Positions 38,238 to 48,838 are shown, counted from the first letter of the stretch. The stretch is 64,000 bases of DNA from a virus (IMGVR_UViG_3300025869_000011:13873-77872); one strand, 5' to 3'. Translations and numbers: made by a program. The notes: generated by a model from the sequence alone, not told the origin.

Positions 38238-40029
38238 CGCAGGATTTGATTTTAATGTTGGCAAAGCCAAGCAAGCATTTTCTTGGTCAAGTGAAAGTGT
38301 AGAACAGTTAATGTTTGCAATAGAAGAAGGTTATAAACCTGCGTCTACGCCATTCTATGAAGGTAATCCTAATTTACGAAAAGGTAATATTGTTTTTAAT
38401 TATACTTCAAATGAAATAAAAGAAATTAAAAAGTGTGCAAAAGACATTGTATACTTTGCAAATACATATTGCACTGTAATGACCGATCATGGTTTACAGA
38501 CAATTAATTTAAGACCTTACCAAGAAGAGATGTTAAGGCAATTCCAAGCTGAAAGGTTTAATGTATGTTTAGCAAGTAGGCAAGTAGGTAAAACTATTTG
38601 TTCATCTATTTTTATTGCTTGGTATTCATTATTTAATTTTGATAAGAATTCTTTAATACTTTCAAATAAAGGGGCAACCACAAGAGAAATCATTGATAAA
38701 GGTAAAACTATATTAGAGCATCTACCTTTCTTTTTAAAACCCGGCACTCTTAAATGGGATGTATTTAATTCTAAGTTTGATAACGGTTGTAGAATAATTG
38801 GTCAAACTACTACCAAGAAAGCAGCAATTGGTTTTACTATTCATTTATTATTTATGGATGAGTTTGCGCATATACCTGCAAACTTTGTTGATACTTTTTA
38901 TGAAAACGTATATCCTACAGTATCTGCATCAACTAACTCAAAGGTAATAATAACCAGCACCCCAAATGGCTTTAATAAATTCTATGACATATATACTGCT
39001 GCCGATAAAGGATTAAGTGAATATACACCCTTTAGAGTTGATTGGTGGGACGTACCAGGAAGAGATGATGCATGGATGAAACAGGAAGTTGCAAACTTAG
39101 GAAGTGATGAAGCTTTTAATAGACAATATGGAAATCAATTTATAGCAGGATCATCATTACTACTAGGCCCTGATAGTCTTAAGAAATTAAAATCAAATGA
39201 AACAGAATTTGTTCATCGTGAAATGGTTGAGTTTGAAGACGAGCAAGTAGAATATTCTGGTTTACTGTGGGACCCTGAATTTAATTTGGATGATACAGAA
39301 GAGGATGAAAATTACTGGTGTTTTTCTGTGGATATAGCTGAAGGTACTGGTGGAGATTATTCTATCATAAATATCTTTAAGATAGAACTTATGGATGAAG
39401 CAGATTGGAAAAAGGTTACATCCCCAGGTAGCTTTATCGATTTTTATAGAATTAGACAAGTAGGAAGATTTAGAAGCAATGATCACACTATTGAAGAATT
39501 TGCAAAAGCTCTTTATATTTTAGCTTATGATGTTTTTTACTCTGAAAACGTAAAACTAATTATTGAGTGGAATTTATTTGGGGGTGAATTAATAAAAAGA
39601 ATGGAAACTGTATTTCCACAAAGAAATGATTTTGATGAAGAATCTGTTGTAAAGTTTAAACATCGAATAGATGCCAGAACTAAACAGTTTGGATTAAAAG
39701 TCAAAAAAGATAATAAACCTATATTTTGTCAAAATTTTAAAAAATACATTACTCAGAATAAAATATTAATAAAAGATAAGCATACTGTCCATGAAGCTGC
39801 AACCTTCGGTAAACTACCAAATGGTTCGTATGCTGGGCAATTAGGTCATGATGATTTAATAATGACATGTATTAATAGTTCTGAATTCTTTTTTACATTA
39901 GACTTTTCAGATTTTGCTGAAGAGATCCATGATGGGGCTGAAAAGCATGTTCAAGATAAAATTGATGCTATCTTAGAGCAAGATGCTAAAGGGGGACAAC
40001 TTAACTTCGACATATACGACTTGGTATAA
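38212..40029 (+). CDS. gp17: Terminase large subunit
   Basis: LRPYQ, ASRQVGKT, FMDEFAH, TSTPNG, VDIAEG.GGDYS, HDDLIM. Confidence 0.95.
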   Translation: MAQKPQAPSAGFDFNVGKAKQAFSWSSESVEQLMFAIEEGYKPASTPFYEGNPNLRKGNIVFNYTSNEIKEIKKCAKDIVYFANTYCTVMTDHGLQTINLRPYQEEMLRQFQAERFNVCLASRQVGKTICSSIFIAWYSLFNFDKNSLILSNKGATTREIIDKGKTILEHLPFFLKPGTLKWDVFNSKFDNGCRIIGQTTTKKAAIGFTIHLLFMDEFAHIPANFVDTFYENVYPTVSASTNSKVIITSTPNGFNKFYDIYTAADKGLSEYTPFRVDWWDVPGRDDAWMKQEVANLGSDEAFNRQYGNQFIAGSSLLLGPDSLKKLKSNETEFVHREMVEFEDEQVEYSGLLWDPEFNLDDTEEDENYWCFSVDIAEGTGGDYSIINIFKIELMDEADWKKVTSPGSFIDFYRIRQVGRFRSNDHTIEEFAKALYILAYDVFYSENVKLIIEWNLFGGELIKRMETVFPQRNDFDEESVVKFKHRIDARTKQFGLKVKKDNKPIFCQNFKKYITQNKILIKDKHTVHEAATFGKLPNGSYAGQLGHDDLIMTCINSSEFFFTLDFSDFAEEIHDGAEKHVQDKIDAILEQDAKGGQLNFDIYDLV

Positions 40030-40083
40030 AAAGTTATAGGTTGTTGGATATATAAAAAAAGCAAATAAAAAAAATAATATAAG

Positions 40084-43000
40084 ATGGCACTAGATCCGAA
40101 AATCGCTTCGATTAAAGCAGCAGGGACATACCGATTTGAGTTTGACAAATCTCAAGTAGTTAGTATTCCTGCTAATCAGACAAGGTTAATTGTCGGTTTC
40201 TCTAAAACAGGACCTTTTAATACTCCGGTATTCATTCCTGACACCGCATTCTTCAAACAAGTATATGGTGATATTGACAGAAACTTAGAAAGAAAGGATT
40301 CATTTTTCCATAGAAGCTGTTTAGCAGCATTGGAAAGAGGACCGATTCTTGCACTTAACTTATTAAACTTAACTGCTACCGATAAGGTAGAGTATATTAA
40401 ATTTGGTGCGGCCTCCACACCAGAAGGTGGTACATACCAAGATAATGCAGGTGCATTAGGTGAATACCAAAAATTCTATAACAGAGATAAATTCTTTTAT
40501 CCTGACTCAGATTCATTCTTAAGTAATGTAAATGCTGACACGCAGAATTTTAATTCAGGTACTACCAATGATTTATTAGATATGGTAAACTTAGGACAAA
40601 ATCCGTTATCAGTCATAGTAAGAAAAGCATCAGCTGCTAATTCTACTGGATTCAATGTAACTGTTGAAGAATGGTATGGAGCTGCAAATGTACCAGGATT
40701 CTTAAATAAAGATAGTTTAGTATCTGACTTCTTGGTAGATGTATTTGTAATCAATGGAAACTTTGGTGGAGACTTTGGTTCTGCAACGCCTTATGAAAGA
40801 TTTGCGGCAGATCCAATATTCCAAACATATTTTGATAAAACACAAGGTTTAAAAAGAAGAGTATTTGATGCTGATTCAACAGATACAAAAATCGCTGAAT
40901 TTTTTAATGAATCAGAAGTTCAGGTAATTGCAACTTATACTGCTTCACTTATTCCTAACTTTACTGACTTATTAGGTAATAACCTTTTCGTAGAAAAAGT
41001 TATAAATGCTGATACTGCATCTACTGGATTATTTGTCGCTGTGAATGAAGATCTTTTTGATGGTGATACATTAATTGATGGTGTTGCAGGTGGTATTGAT
41101 ATGATAGGTCATAACCTTGAATATACTCAATCTACATCATTACAAGATGATGTTAATTTCTTATCATACAGTAGTTCTATTGTATCTGATTTAAATTATG
41201 CAGGTAATGGCATTACACCAACATCAGTTGATAAAAGTACAAGTGATCTTCTTTCTGTTACGGATTTAACTTCTGGTGATGTTCAAATACAGATACAAGG
41301 TTCTGTAGGATCTGCATTATTTGATGGATTCTCAAGTATGACCGCAAACACTGCTACTGTTGTAGGTAGTTATATTGAAGCTATTGATCTTAATGGCGAT
41401 ACAGTATATGTACCTGTAATATCTCACCAAGTAGTTGGTAATACAGTAACTGTTGTTTTATCTGGCTCTAATGCTACTATTGATTCAACTTGTTTCGGTA
41501 CAAGCTTTGATTACATAAATGAAACTGACTTTGGTTTTGTAACCGATGAGGCCCCATTAACTAATCCGAATAATTCTAATATTATAGGTTCTTATGGTTC
41601 ATCATTATATAGTCAATTCTCAAATGGAACTTTAACTGATGGTGATGAAGCAGTATTTTTAGATGGTGGAACTCAATATCAATCGTTCTTAGTATTCAAT
41701 GCTGTTGATTATGGATTTATTCATACTGCATCACCAACTACTACTGCAACAACAATTGCAATTTCAGATTTAGATTATGCTCTACCATCTGTTCAAGTAA
41801 CTCCTTATCAGGAAGATGCATTTAATAATATTACACCACATGCTGAATTTACTTTAGGTAGTGCAACTGGTACATTTTTAAATTCTGACGCTGTTGCATA
41901 TCCTATAGGTACATTAGGTATCCAAACATTAAAAGGTGCAAATAATGTTTCTATAGATATTATATCAGATTCTGTTACTGAACCTGGATTAAAGCCTAAC
42001 CAAGTATTAATCGCATCTGATAATCCTGATGCTGCCGATGTTATCGTTGGTAATTATTTAGTACATTTTGAAGGTGATGCAACAACTCCACATTCAAGGT
42101 TAACGAGAATGAATGTTGTACAAGGTGGATTAACCAATGCTGAGTTTAGTACTATTCCTGCAGGAAAAACTGCATTATTAGTAACATGCCAAAGCGAAAT
42201 TGCAACATCAACCGCAGCAGGTGTAGTTAAAGTAGAATTATATTATCCTATTGATGCATGGGTAGATTACTTAAATGTATTTACATTGGATGGATTTAAA
42301 TTAACTGCTAGTCATGTACCTAACGGAACAAACGATAGACAAAATGAAATCTTAAACGGTACTTTAAATGGAACTAATTTATTTAAGGCATTAACTGACA
42401 GAGATGTAATTAACTTTAGATATATTGTAGATACATTCGGAAACGGTATTGAAAGTGGATCTAAATCAATCTATACAGTATTAGCTTCTACAAGGAAAAA
42501 CGCGTTTGCAATATTAAATGCACCATCTGCTAAGGACTTCAAAAATAATTCCGATCCTTCGTTTAAAGATCTAACTGGAAGCTTATCATCTAGATTTATT
42601 TCTACTGGTGGTGATCTTTCAAAGAATCCTACGGTAAGATACTCATTACCATCTCAAACACAAGGTGCAAGTTGGGGAGCATTCTATTATCCGTTTATTA
42701 CTGTTAGGGATTTAGGTAGAAATATAAATGTTGTACCAGCTGCATATGTTTCAAACAACTTTATTGCAAAATATGAAAACGCTTTACCGTGGTCATTAGT
42801 TGCAGGAGTTCGTAGAGGTGTTGTCGGTGGAACTGGCGTTGTAGGATTAGAAATCAATCTTGGAAAAGAGGACAGAGAATACTTAGAACCATTTGGATTA
42901 AATCCAATTGTATTCCAAAGTGGAACTGGGCCAACAATCTTTGCAAATAAAACTGCACAGCAGACTACAAAATCTGCATTAAGTTCTATTAACAGTAGAG

Positions 43001-43308
43001 AGGTTGTAATTTATATCCAAGATGGAATTGAAGCAATACTTAAAAACTATTTGTTTGAATTTAATACAGCTCAAACTAGATTGGAAATTAAAACACTTGC
43101 TGATAACTTCTTATCAACGGTTCAAAATGATGATGGTGTTTACGATTATAAAAACGTAATGGACGAAACTAATAATACACCAGAAGTTATTGATCAAAAT
43201 GTTGGTATCTTAGATACATACATTGAACCAGTAAGAGGAATGGAAATTCTCGTACAGAGAACAACAATTCTTAAGACAGGAGCTATTAGTTCAGGAAACT
43301 TCCAATAA
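40084..43308 (+). CDS. gp18: Contractile tail sheath protein with large insertion
   Basis: GFSKTGPFNTP N-terminus, AGVRRG, LNPIV, ALSSIN.RE, YLFEFN, MDETNNTPEVID. Confidence 0.9.
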   Translation: MALDPKIASIKAAGTYRFEFDKSQVVSIPANQTRLIVGFSKTGPFNTPVFIPDTAFFKQVYGDIDRNLERKDSFFHRSCLAALERGPILALNLLNLTATDKVEYIKFGAASTPEGGTYQDNAGALGEYQKFYNRDKFFYPDSDSFLSNVNADTQNFNSGTTNDLLDMVNLGQNPLSVIVRKASAANSTGFNVTVEEWYGAANVPGFLNKDSLVSDFLVDVFVINGNFGGDFGSATPYERFAADPIFQTYFDKTQGLKRRVFDADSTDTKIAEFFNESEVQVIATYTASLIPNFTDLLGNNLFVEKVINADTASTGLFVAVNEDLFDGDTLIDGVAGGIDMIGHNLEYTQSTSLQDDVNFLSYSSSIVSDLNYAGNGITPTSVDKSTSDLLSVTDLTSGDVQIQIQGSVGSALFDGFSSMTANTATVVGSYIEAIDLNGDTVYVPVISHQVVGNTVTVVLSGSNATIDSTCFGTSFDYINETDFGFVTDEAPLTNPNNSNIIGSYGSSLYSQFSNGTLTDGDEAVFLDGGTQYQSFLVFNAVDYGFIHTASPTTTATTIAISDLDYALPSVQVTPYQEDAFNNITPHAEFTLGSATGTFLNSDAVAYPIGTLGIQTLKGANNVSIDIISDSVTEPGLKPNQVLIASDNPDAADVIVGNYLVHFEGDATTPHSRLTRMNVVQGGLTNAEFSTIPAGKTALLVTCQSEIATSTAAGVVKVELYYPIDAWVDYLNVFTLDGFKLTASHVPNGTNDRQNEILNGTLNGTNLFKALTDRDVINFRYIVDTFGNGIESGSKSIYTVLASTRKNAFAILNAPSAKDFKNNSDPSFKDLTGSLSSRFISTGGDLSKNPTVRYSLPSQTQGASWGAFYYPFITVRDLGRNINVVPAAYVSNNFIAKYENALPWSLVAGVRRGVVGGTGVVGLEINLGKEDREYLEPFGLNPIVFQSGTGPTIFANKTAQQTTKSALSSINSREVVIYIQDGIEAILKNYLFEFNTAQTRLEIKTLADNFLSTVQNDDGVYDYKNVMDETNNTPEVIDQNVGILDTYIEPVRGMEILVQRTTILKTGAISSGNFQ

Positions 43309-43348
43309 GAAGAAACTAAATAAGAATATATAAAAAAAATAAATTAAT

Positions 43349-43903
43349 ATGCCACTACCACATTATACCCAGTCAAGGGCCAGTAGCCAAAGGTACGAAC
43401 CTATTCAGCCTAACCTATTTGAGGTGACTGTATTTTCACCACTAGGGGATGATACGGGTTTAATCTTAGAGCAAGTTAAAACTATCGGAGGTTTAAATAA
43501 CTTAAACCCATCTGTAGATGCAGTAGGTCAAAAATATAAATTTGCTGACCGTTCATTTGCAAGTATGCCAGGTCAGACCTTTTTAGATCTGACTATTAAC
43601 TTTAGTCTTAACTTAAACGAAGCTAACGAAAATTACATTTACAATACATTCCGTAATTGGTATAAATTAATCTATGATCCATTAACTGGTGAAATGGGAT
43701 TAAAGAAAGACTATGTTGGAAGTATGATCATTGTACAATATAACAGAGCAGGAGATATCTTTAGAAAGATTACCTGTAAAGATGTATTCCCTACAGGTCA
43801 ACCTGATTTTGTAGATGAATTGAATTATGAAACTCCAGATCCTGCTGAGTTAACAATGACTTATCGTTGTGATCACTGGGTTGAGGAAAATGTAGGTGCA
43901 TAA
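43349..43903 (+). CDS. gp19: Tail tube protein
   Basis: Follows the sheath; NLFEV, FRNW, KKDY...YNRAG, VFPT. Confidence 0.8.
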   Translation: MPLPHYTQSRASSQRYEPIQPNLFEVTVFSPLGDDTGLILEQVKTIGGLNNLNPSVDAVGQKYKFADRSFASMPGQTFLDLTINFSLNLNEANENYIYNTFRNWYKLIYDPLTGEMGLKKDYVGSMIIVQYNRAGDIFRKITCKDVFPTGQPDFVDELNYETPDPAELTMTYRCDHWVEENVGA

Positions 43904-43924
43904 TTTAAAATAAAATTAATTTTA

Positions 43925-43954
43925 GAAAAACTGGCTCTAGGGCCAGTTTTTTTG
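43925..43954 (+). terminator. Rho-independent terminator
   Basis: AAAAACTGGCTC-TA-GGGCCAGTTTTTTT. Confidence 0.8.
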
Positions 43955-43995
43955 TCTTTACTCTAATATATATTATAAATTATATAATCTAAATT

Positions 43996-44466
43996 ATGAC
44001 CATATTTAAAGTATTAAACAAAATTGATGGTAAGGTTTATGTAGGTTATTCGGTTAATGATAATCCTAATAACTTAGGATCAGGTAAATATATTAAAAGA
44101 GCAGTTAAAGATTTTGGTACAAGATCCTTTGAGAAGCATATTTTAGAAAAATTTTCAACTGATGAATCATTAAGTCATATAATGGAAAGGTTAGAGTTTT
44201 GGATAAAAAAACATAAAGCCGATAATCCTAAGTATGGATATAACGAAAGCGTACAAGAATTAATACCGCAAAAAAAGAGGCTTACGAAAAAACTACAGGT
44301 ACTCTTAACACCAGAAGATGTTGATAATCTAAATACTATTATCATACAAAAATCAATGGAGAATAAAACAAAACCGATGCCAGTATCTAGATATGTTAGA
44401 CAATTAATAGTAGAACATATCGTTACAGAAACAGCACCTGAAAAACAATTAATAAAAATTAAATAA
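43996..44466 (+). CDS. Degenerate GIY-YIG domain fused to a ribbon-helix-helix-like tail
   Basis: TIFKVLNKIDGKVYVG, LGSG, GYN; C-terminal KKLQVLLTPED...VSRYVRQLI. Confidence 0.55.
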   Translation: MTIFKVLNKIDGKVYVGYSVNDNPNNLGSGKYIKRAVKDFGTRSFEKHILEKFSTDESLSHIMERLEFWIKKHKADNPKYGYNESVQELIPQKKRLTKKLQVLLTPEDVDNLNTIIIQKSMENKTKPMPVSRYVRQLIVEHIVTETAPEKQLIKIK

Positions 44467-44468
44467 TT

Positions 44469-45473
44469 ATGAGTAGTCACGAAGACAATATTAAAAAAGA
44501 ATTTGAAGAGGCTGAAGGTATAGTTGATACTACAGCTGAGGTAAAATCTAATGAAGATGGTAAAATTACTGAGTTAGGTAAAGTAGATACTAGTAGAGGA
44601 TCTGGTGTAACATCTATAGATGATCCAGAAATACAAAGAATACAATCTTTAACCGGATATATTAAACTTGATTTATCTGGGTTTCCATCAGGTGGTCAAT
44701 TTTATAGAGATGATTTTGAAATTCATATCAGAGCCGCAAGGGTTGGTGAAATTAGAGAATTCTCAACATTAGATGAAGAAAATATATTAGATGTTGATGA
44801 AAAGCTAAACTCACTTCTAGTGAACTGTACAAAAATTATGTATGGTAACCAACGAGGTTCATATAGAGATATTCTAGAAGAAGATAGAATATATTTAATC
44901 TTATCTATCAGGGAGCTTACTTTTAAAGATGGTGAGAATAAATTAATGATGCCAGTTGGTAAAAAGAAATGTACGTCAGGTACGTGTAAATCACAAGAAT
45001 CAGTTGAACTTAAAACTCCTAACCTTCAATTTAATGAAACCGATGAATTGTTAGAAAAGTATTATGATCACGAAAACAAATGTTTTACTATACCTACAAA
45101 AAATCATGGTGAATTAACATTAGCACCACCAACGATTGGTGTTATGAGATCTATTACAGATTGGATAAGAAAACGAGAACAAGAAAATTTACCTTGGGAT
45201 AAATCATCTTTAGCCATATTACCTTATATTCAAAGAGAATGGCGAGGATTTAATGATAAAGAAATATTTTCTGCTATTACTAGCTTTCAAGGCTGGGATG
45301 CTAGTAAATTTTCGATCATATATAGATTAGTTGAGAAAGCGAAAATTGGAGTTAAACCTGAGTTTATCTATCCATGCGAAGGGTGCGGTGCGGAGGTCGC
45401 CGTTCCGCTCACGTTTCCCGGCGGGATCAAAGCTATGTTTATTGTTCAAGATATCTCTTCTGAACTTTTATAA
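44469..45473 (+). CDS. Baseplate hub / tail assembly chaperone (gp26-like)
   Basis: FPSGG, EDRIYLILSIR, Cys pairs, PPTIG, terminal CxxC; lies between tube and tape measure genes. Confidence 0.6.
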   Translation: MSSHEDNIKKEFEEAEGIVDTTAEVKSNEDGKITELGKVDTSRGSGVTSIDDPEIQRIQSLTGYIKLDLSGFPSGGQFYRDDFEIHIRAARVGEIREFSTLDEENILDVDEKLNSLLVNCTKIMYGNQRGSYRDILEEDRIYLILSIRELTFKDGENKLMMPVGKKKCTSGTCKSQESVELKTPNLQFNETDELLEKYYDHENKCFTIPTKNHGELTLAPPTIGVMRSITDWIRKREQENLPWDKSSLAILPYIQREWRGFNDKEIFSAITSFQGWDASKFSIIYRLVEKAKIGVKPEFIYPCEGCGAEVAVPLTFPGGIKAMFIVQDISSELL

Positions 45474-45723
45474 AGTCAGAGTTTTATTATTGGAAAAGTT
45501 GCATCTCCAACCTTCTGAGTTGGATTTGCTTCCTTTCTATGAATATGAATACACTTTAGAAATGTTTAATGACATTCTTAAAGAGCGTAACGACGAAGAC
45601 AGCAAGAATAGTCAGGCACAGTCGGATAAATATAATACTAGTAGCATGCAAAAATCTATGAGCAAAAGCGTGAGTTCTTTTAAAACTCCATCTATGCCAA
45701 ATATAAGTATGCCAAAGTTTTAA
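45442..45723 (+). CDS. gp51-like hub assembly protein / frameshift extension of the upstream gene
   Basis: SLLNFYKV..LL....LQPSELDLLPFYE pattern; no ATG before the conserved part (TTG at 45442 or +1 frameshift). Confidence 0.55.
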   Translation: MFKISLLNFYKVRVLLLEKLHLQPSELDLLPFYEYEYTLEMFNDILKERNDEDSKNSQAQSDKYNTSSMQKSMSKSVSSFKTPSMPNISMPKF

Positions 45724-45736
45724 ATAAATAGATTGA

Positions 45737-48700
45737 ATGGCTATAGTAACTCTTAAAGATTTAATGGATCCTTTGTCAAAGATAGAGGCAGCTGCACAAC
45801 AAACTAATGAAAAGTTAGATGCTATTGTAGCAGTCTCTGTTGGTGCTTCTCAAAACGGAGTAGCTATTATTGATGAGTTACAAAAACAGACGATGTTACT
45901 ATCTGAGTTAGTTAGAACCAATCAAGAAATTGACGCTCAGACTGGTGCCAGTATTACTAAGAGTAGTATACAATTACTTTCTCTTAGAAAGATTCTTAAA
46001 GCAATTCAGAAAGGTAATAAAGATGATGAGACAAGTTCTAAAGGTAGTTCTATTGGAGGGCCTGGTAATAAAGTAGAAAAGGCTGGTGAGCTGTTGCAGA
46101 TGTTAGGTGTAGGTTCTTTAAAAACTGCAAAAGGAATGATGCTATGGGCTTTAGTACCAGCAAAGGGTGTTACTAAGTTTACTGAGTTTATAAAATCTAC
46201 ATTTGAAAAATTAGCCGAAACTGACACTAAGAAAGCTAAAGAAGGTATTGAAGCATTAGATTTAATGGGAGGTGCAATTTTAAAATTCTCAAAGGCATTA
46301 GCCATATCAGCACTATTAATAATTCCTGGTATGATAGCTATACCGTTTTTGGCTGTATCTATATTAGCGATGGGTGGTATAATGTCTCTATTAGGATCAC
46401 CTAAATTTAATAAGCGTATTAAAGCAGGTGGTGAATCTGTTGATATTATGGGTGATGCTATAAAAAAGTTTGCTATAGGATTAGCATTATTTTCGCTAGT
46501 TGCACCGCTTGCAGTAATTACCGCACCACTCATGGCTGTTTCTATGTTATTAATAGGTGGAGTTGTTTCTTTATTAGGATCACCTAAATTTAGTAAAAGA
46601 ATACGTGCCGGCTCTACTTCATTATCTAGAATGGGTAATGCTTTAATAAAATTTACCGTAGGTTTAGTTGTCTTGGCATTAGCAACGGCGGTTATTGCGT
46701 CCAATCCTATATTAATAGCTTTAATGGCAGGTTCTATAGCATTAATAGGTGGGGCAGTTGCTCTCCTGGGTGGTAAAAAAATGTCTAAACGAGTTAGAGC
46801 AGGTACTAAGAATCTTGCATTGTTAGGTTTAGGTATTGCTTTATTTGGTTTAGGTTATGGTGTATTTGCAAAGGCATTTCCAGAAAAAGCTACATTTAAA
46901 CAAGTATTGGTTCAGGCTGCTGCTATTGGTGGTATTGGTTCTGCTGTTGGTTTAATAGGGAAGTTTAAAGTTAAAACTATGGCTTCAGGTGCAGCAGCAT
47001 TAGGCTTAATAGGATTAGCGTTACCAATATTTACAAAAGGATATAAACCCTTTGCAGCGGCTACGAAAGGTATGGATGTTGAAGATGTAGGGATACAGGT
47101 TGCTGCGTTATTCGGTATTGGTTTAGCAACAGTTCTTATAGGTAAATTTGGTCTTAAAAATATTGCACAAGGTGCATTATCATTTGCATTGACGGGTATT
47201 GCTTTAACTATATTTAATTATGGTTATATACCTTTTGCTTTAGCAACAGAAGGAATGAGTCTTGAAGATGTTGGTATGCAATTAGCTGTTTTAGGTGGTA
47301 TTGGAACTGTTATGTCTGTCGCTGGTATAGCAGTAGCTGCTTCTGGTGGATCTGCTATGTTAGGGCCTGCATTATTTGCTGCCGCAGGTGGTTCCTTATT
47401 AGCTTTAGCACCAGGTCTACAAGGAATGAGAGATTTAAATTATACCAAGGAAGATGGTATAGCATTAGCTACTACTTTAGGTGCAGTTGCAATGGCATTT
47501 GCTGGTACTGCACCAGGTGAAGGTGAAGAAGGTGGTCTTTGGAGTGGAATTAAAGGAGCCTTTAGTAGAGTAGGTGAATCAGGCGCTGGTCTTGCTGCCG
47601 CTGCTATGTATGCTGCTGCTGGTTTAGCATTACAGGAATTGGCAGAAGGTTTATCTGCATTTTCAAAAATAAACTTTACTACAAAAGAATCTGAAAAGCT
47701 CGGATTAGCATTAGGAACAATAACTGCCGCGTTTGCTCAAGCAGGTGGAGAAGCAGCAGATCCTGGTGGTGCACTTGGGGCAGTCTTTGGAAATACATTT
47801 AGCTCAAATGCTGTTGAGAAAGGTATAGATTCTGTAATGGATGCAGGTGAGGCGTTAACAAATATAGCCACTGGATTAAATGCATTCACTGGTATTAAAG
47901 ATCCTGAAGGTTTAGCTACAAAAATTAAAGGTGTGGTAGGGTTAGTTGGTGAAGCCTTTGCTGCAGTAGGTGGTGCAGAAGATAAGGATGGTGGTAGTTT
48001 CTTAGGATTTACTTGGGATGAAAATATTATAGAAAAAGGAATTGATGCAGTTGATGGTGCAGGTGATGCACTAGCACAAATAGCAAAAGGTCTTAATAGT
48101 TTTGCTGGTGTTAAAGATCCTAAATTAGTAGCTAAAAAGGTATCTGATACATTAACTTTAATTGGTGGAGCCTTTATGAGTATAGGTGGTAAAAAGGAAG
48201 AAGACTCGGCATTGTTTGGTTTAATCAGTTGGGATGAAAATGCAGTAAACGAAGGTATTGAAGCCGTTGATGGTGCAGGTGAGGCATTGCTTGATATTGC
48301 AGAAAGCCTAGTTAAATTTGAAGGTTTAAAAAACCCTGAGAAAGTAGCAGAAGGTATTAAAAAAATATTTACATCAATAGGTGATACTTTTATACATTTC
48401 TATTCACAAGATAATTTTTCTCGTGATGTAGATCATATGAAAGGATTTATATCTCAATTAGCCGAAGCTGCTGGTTCAGGTGAATTGGCCACAGCAGCAA
48501 CAGACTTAGATAATATTGCAGCTGCAATAAATTCTGTGGATATTTACAAAGCAGAAGCATTAGGTAATTTGTTTAAAGGCGCTAGTGATTTAGGTAATAA
48601 TAGATCTGCGTATGAAGACTTACAAGGTGCAGTTGAAGAAATCCGAGATTTATTAAGTGAATCTACTGGCGGCACAACAACTGGCGGCACAACAACTGGC

Positions 48701-48838
48701 GGCACAGGAGAAACTGGAAATACTAATATGAACAGTGCATTCCGAAAACTAACAGGAACTCTGTCTAGGATGGAAAGTACACTAAGCTCCTTACCTAATG
48801 AAATTAGAGCTATTAAATTAGAGCTACCTGAAGGATAA
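45737..48838 (+). CDS. Tape measure protein
   Basis: 1033 aa, Ala/Gly-rich amphipathic and hydrophobic repeats, after the tail chaperone genes. Confidence 0.75.
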   Translation: MAIVTLKDLMDPLSKIEAAAQQTNEKLDAIVAVSVGASQNGVAIIDELQKQTMLLSELVRTNQEIDAQTGASITKSSIQLLSLRKILKAIQKGNKDDETSSKGSSIGGPGNKVEKAGELLQMLGVGSLKTAKGMMLWALVPAKGVTKFTEFIKSTFEKLAETDTKKAKEGIEALDLMGGAILKFSKALAISALLIIPGMIAIPFLAVSILAMGGIMSLLGSPKFNKRIKAGGESVDIMGDAIKKFAIGLALFSLVAPLAVITAPLMAVSMLLIGGVVSLLGSPKFSKRIRAGSTSLSRMGNALIKFTVGLVVLALATAVIASNPILIALMAGSIALIGGAVALLGGKKMSKRVRAGTKNLALLGLGIALFGLGYGVFAKAFPEKATFKQVLVQAAAIGGIGSAVGLIGKFKVKTMASGAAALGLIGLALPIFTKGYKPFAAATKGMDVEDVGIQVAALFGIGLATVLIGKFGLKNIAQGALSFALTGIALTIFNYGYIPFALATEGMSLEDVGMQLAVLGGIGTVMSVAGIAVAASGGSAMLGPALFAAAGGSLLALAPGLQGMRDLNYTKEDGIALATTLGAVAMAFAGTAPGEGEEGGLWSGIKGAFSRVGESGAGLAAAAMYAAAGLALQELAEGLSAFSKINFTTKESEKLGLALGTITAAFAQAGGEAADPGGALGAVFGNTFSSNAVEKGIDSVMDAGEALTNIATGLNAFTGIKDPEGLATKIKGVVGLVGEAFAAVGGAEDKDGGSFLGFTWDENIIEKGIDAVDGAGDALAQIAKGLNSFAGVKDPKLVAKKVSDTLTLIGGAFMSIGGKKEEDSALFGLISWDENAVNEGIEAVDGAGEALLDIAESLVKFEGLKNPEKVAEGIKKIFTSIGDTFIHFYSQDNFSRDVDHMKGFISQLAEAAGSGELATAATDLDNIAAAINSVDIYKAEALGNLFKGASDLGNNRSAYEDLQGAVEEIRDLLSESTGGTTTGGTTTGGTGETGNTNMNSAFRKLTGTLSRMESTLSSLPNEIRAIKLELPEG
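48665..48706 (+). repeat. 15-nt tandem repeat (ACTGGCGGCACAACA x2.8) encoding TGGTT linker
   Basis: Read directly from the sequence. Confidence 0.9.

Noticed and set aside
38212-40029. Inteins or group I introns in terminase, helicase, UvsX or capsid genes
   Set aside because: Lengths are near normal and no splice-junction or homing endonuclease motifs were seen
46006-46704. 232-aa minus-strand ORF and other short antisense ORFs throughout the track
   Set aside because: They lie opposite well-supported genes and have no recognisable motifs or expression signals
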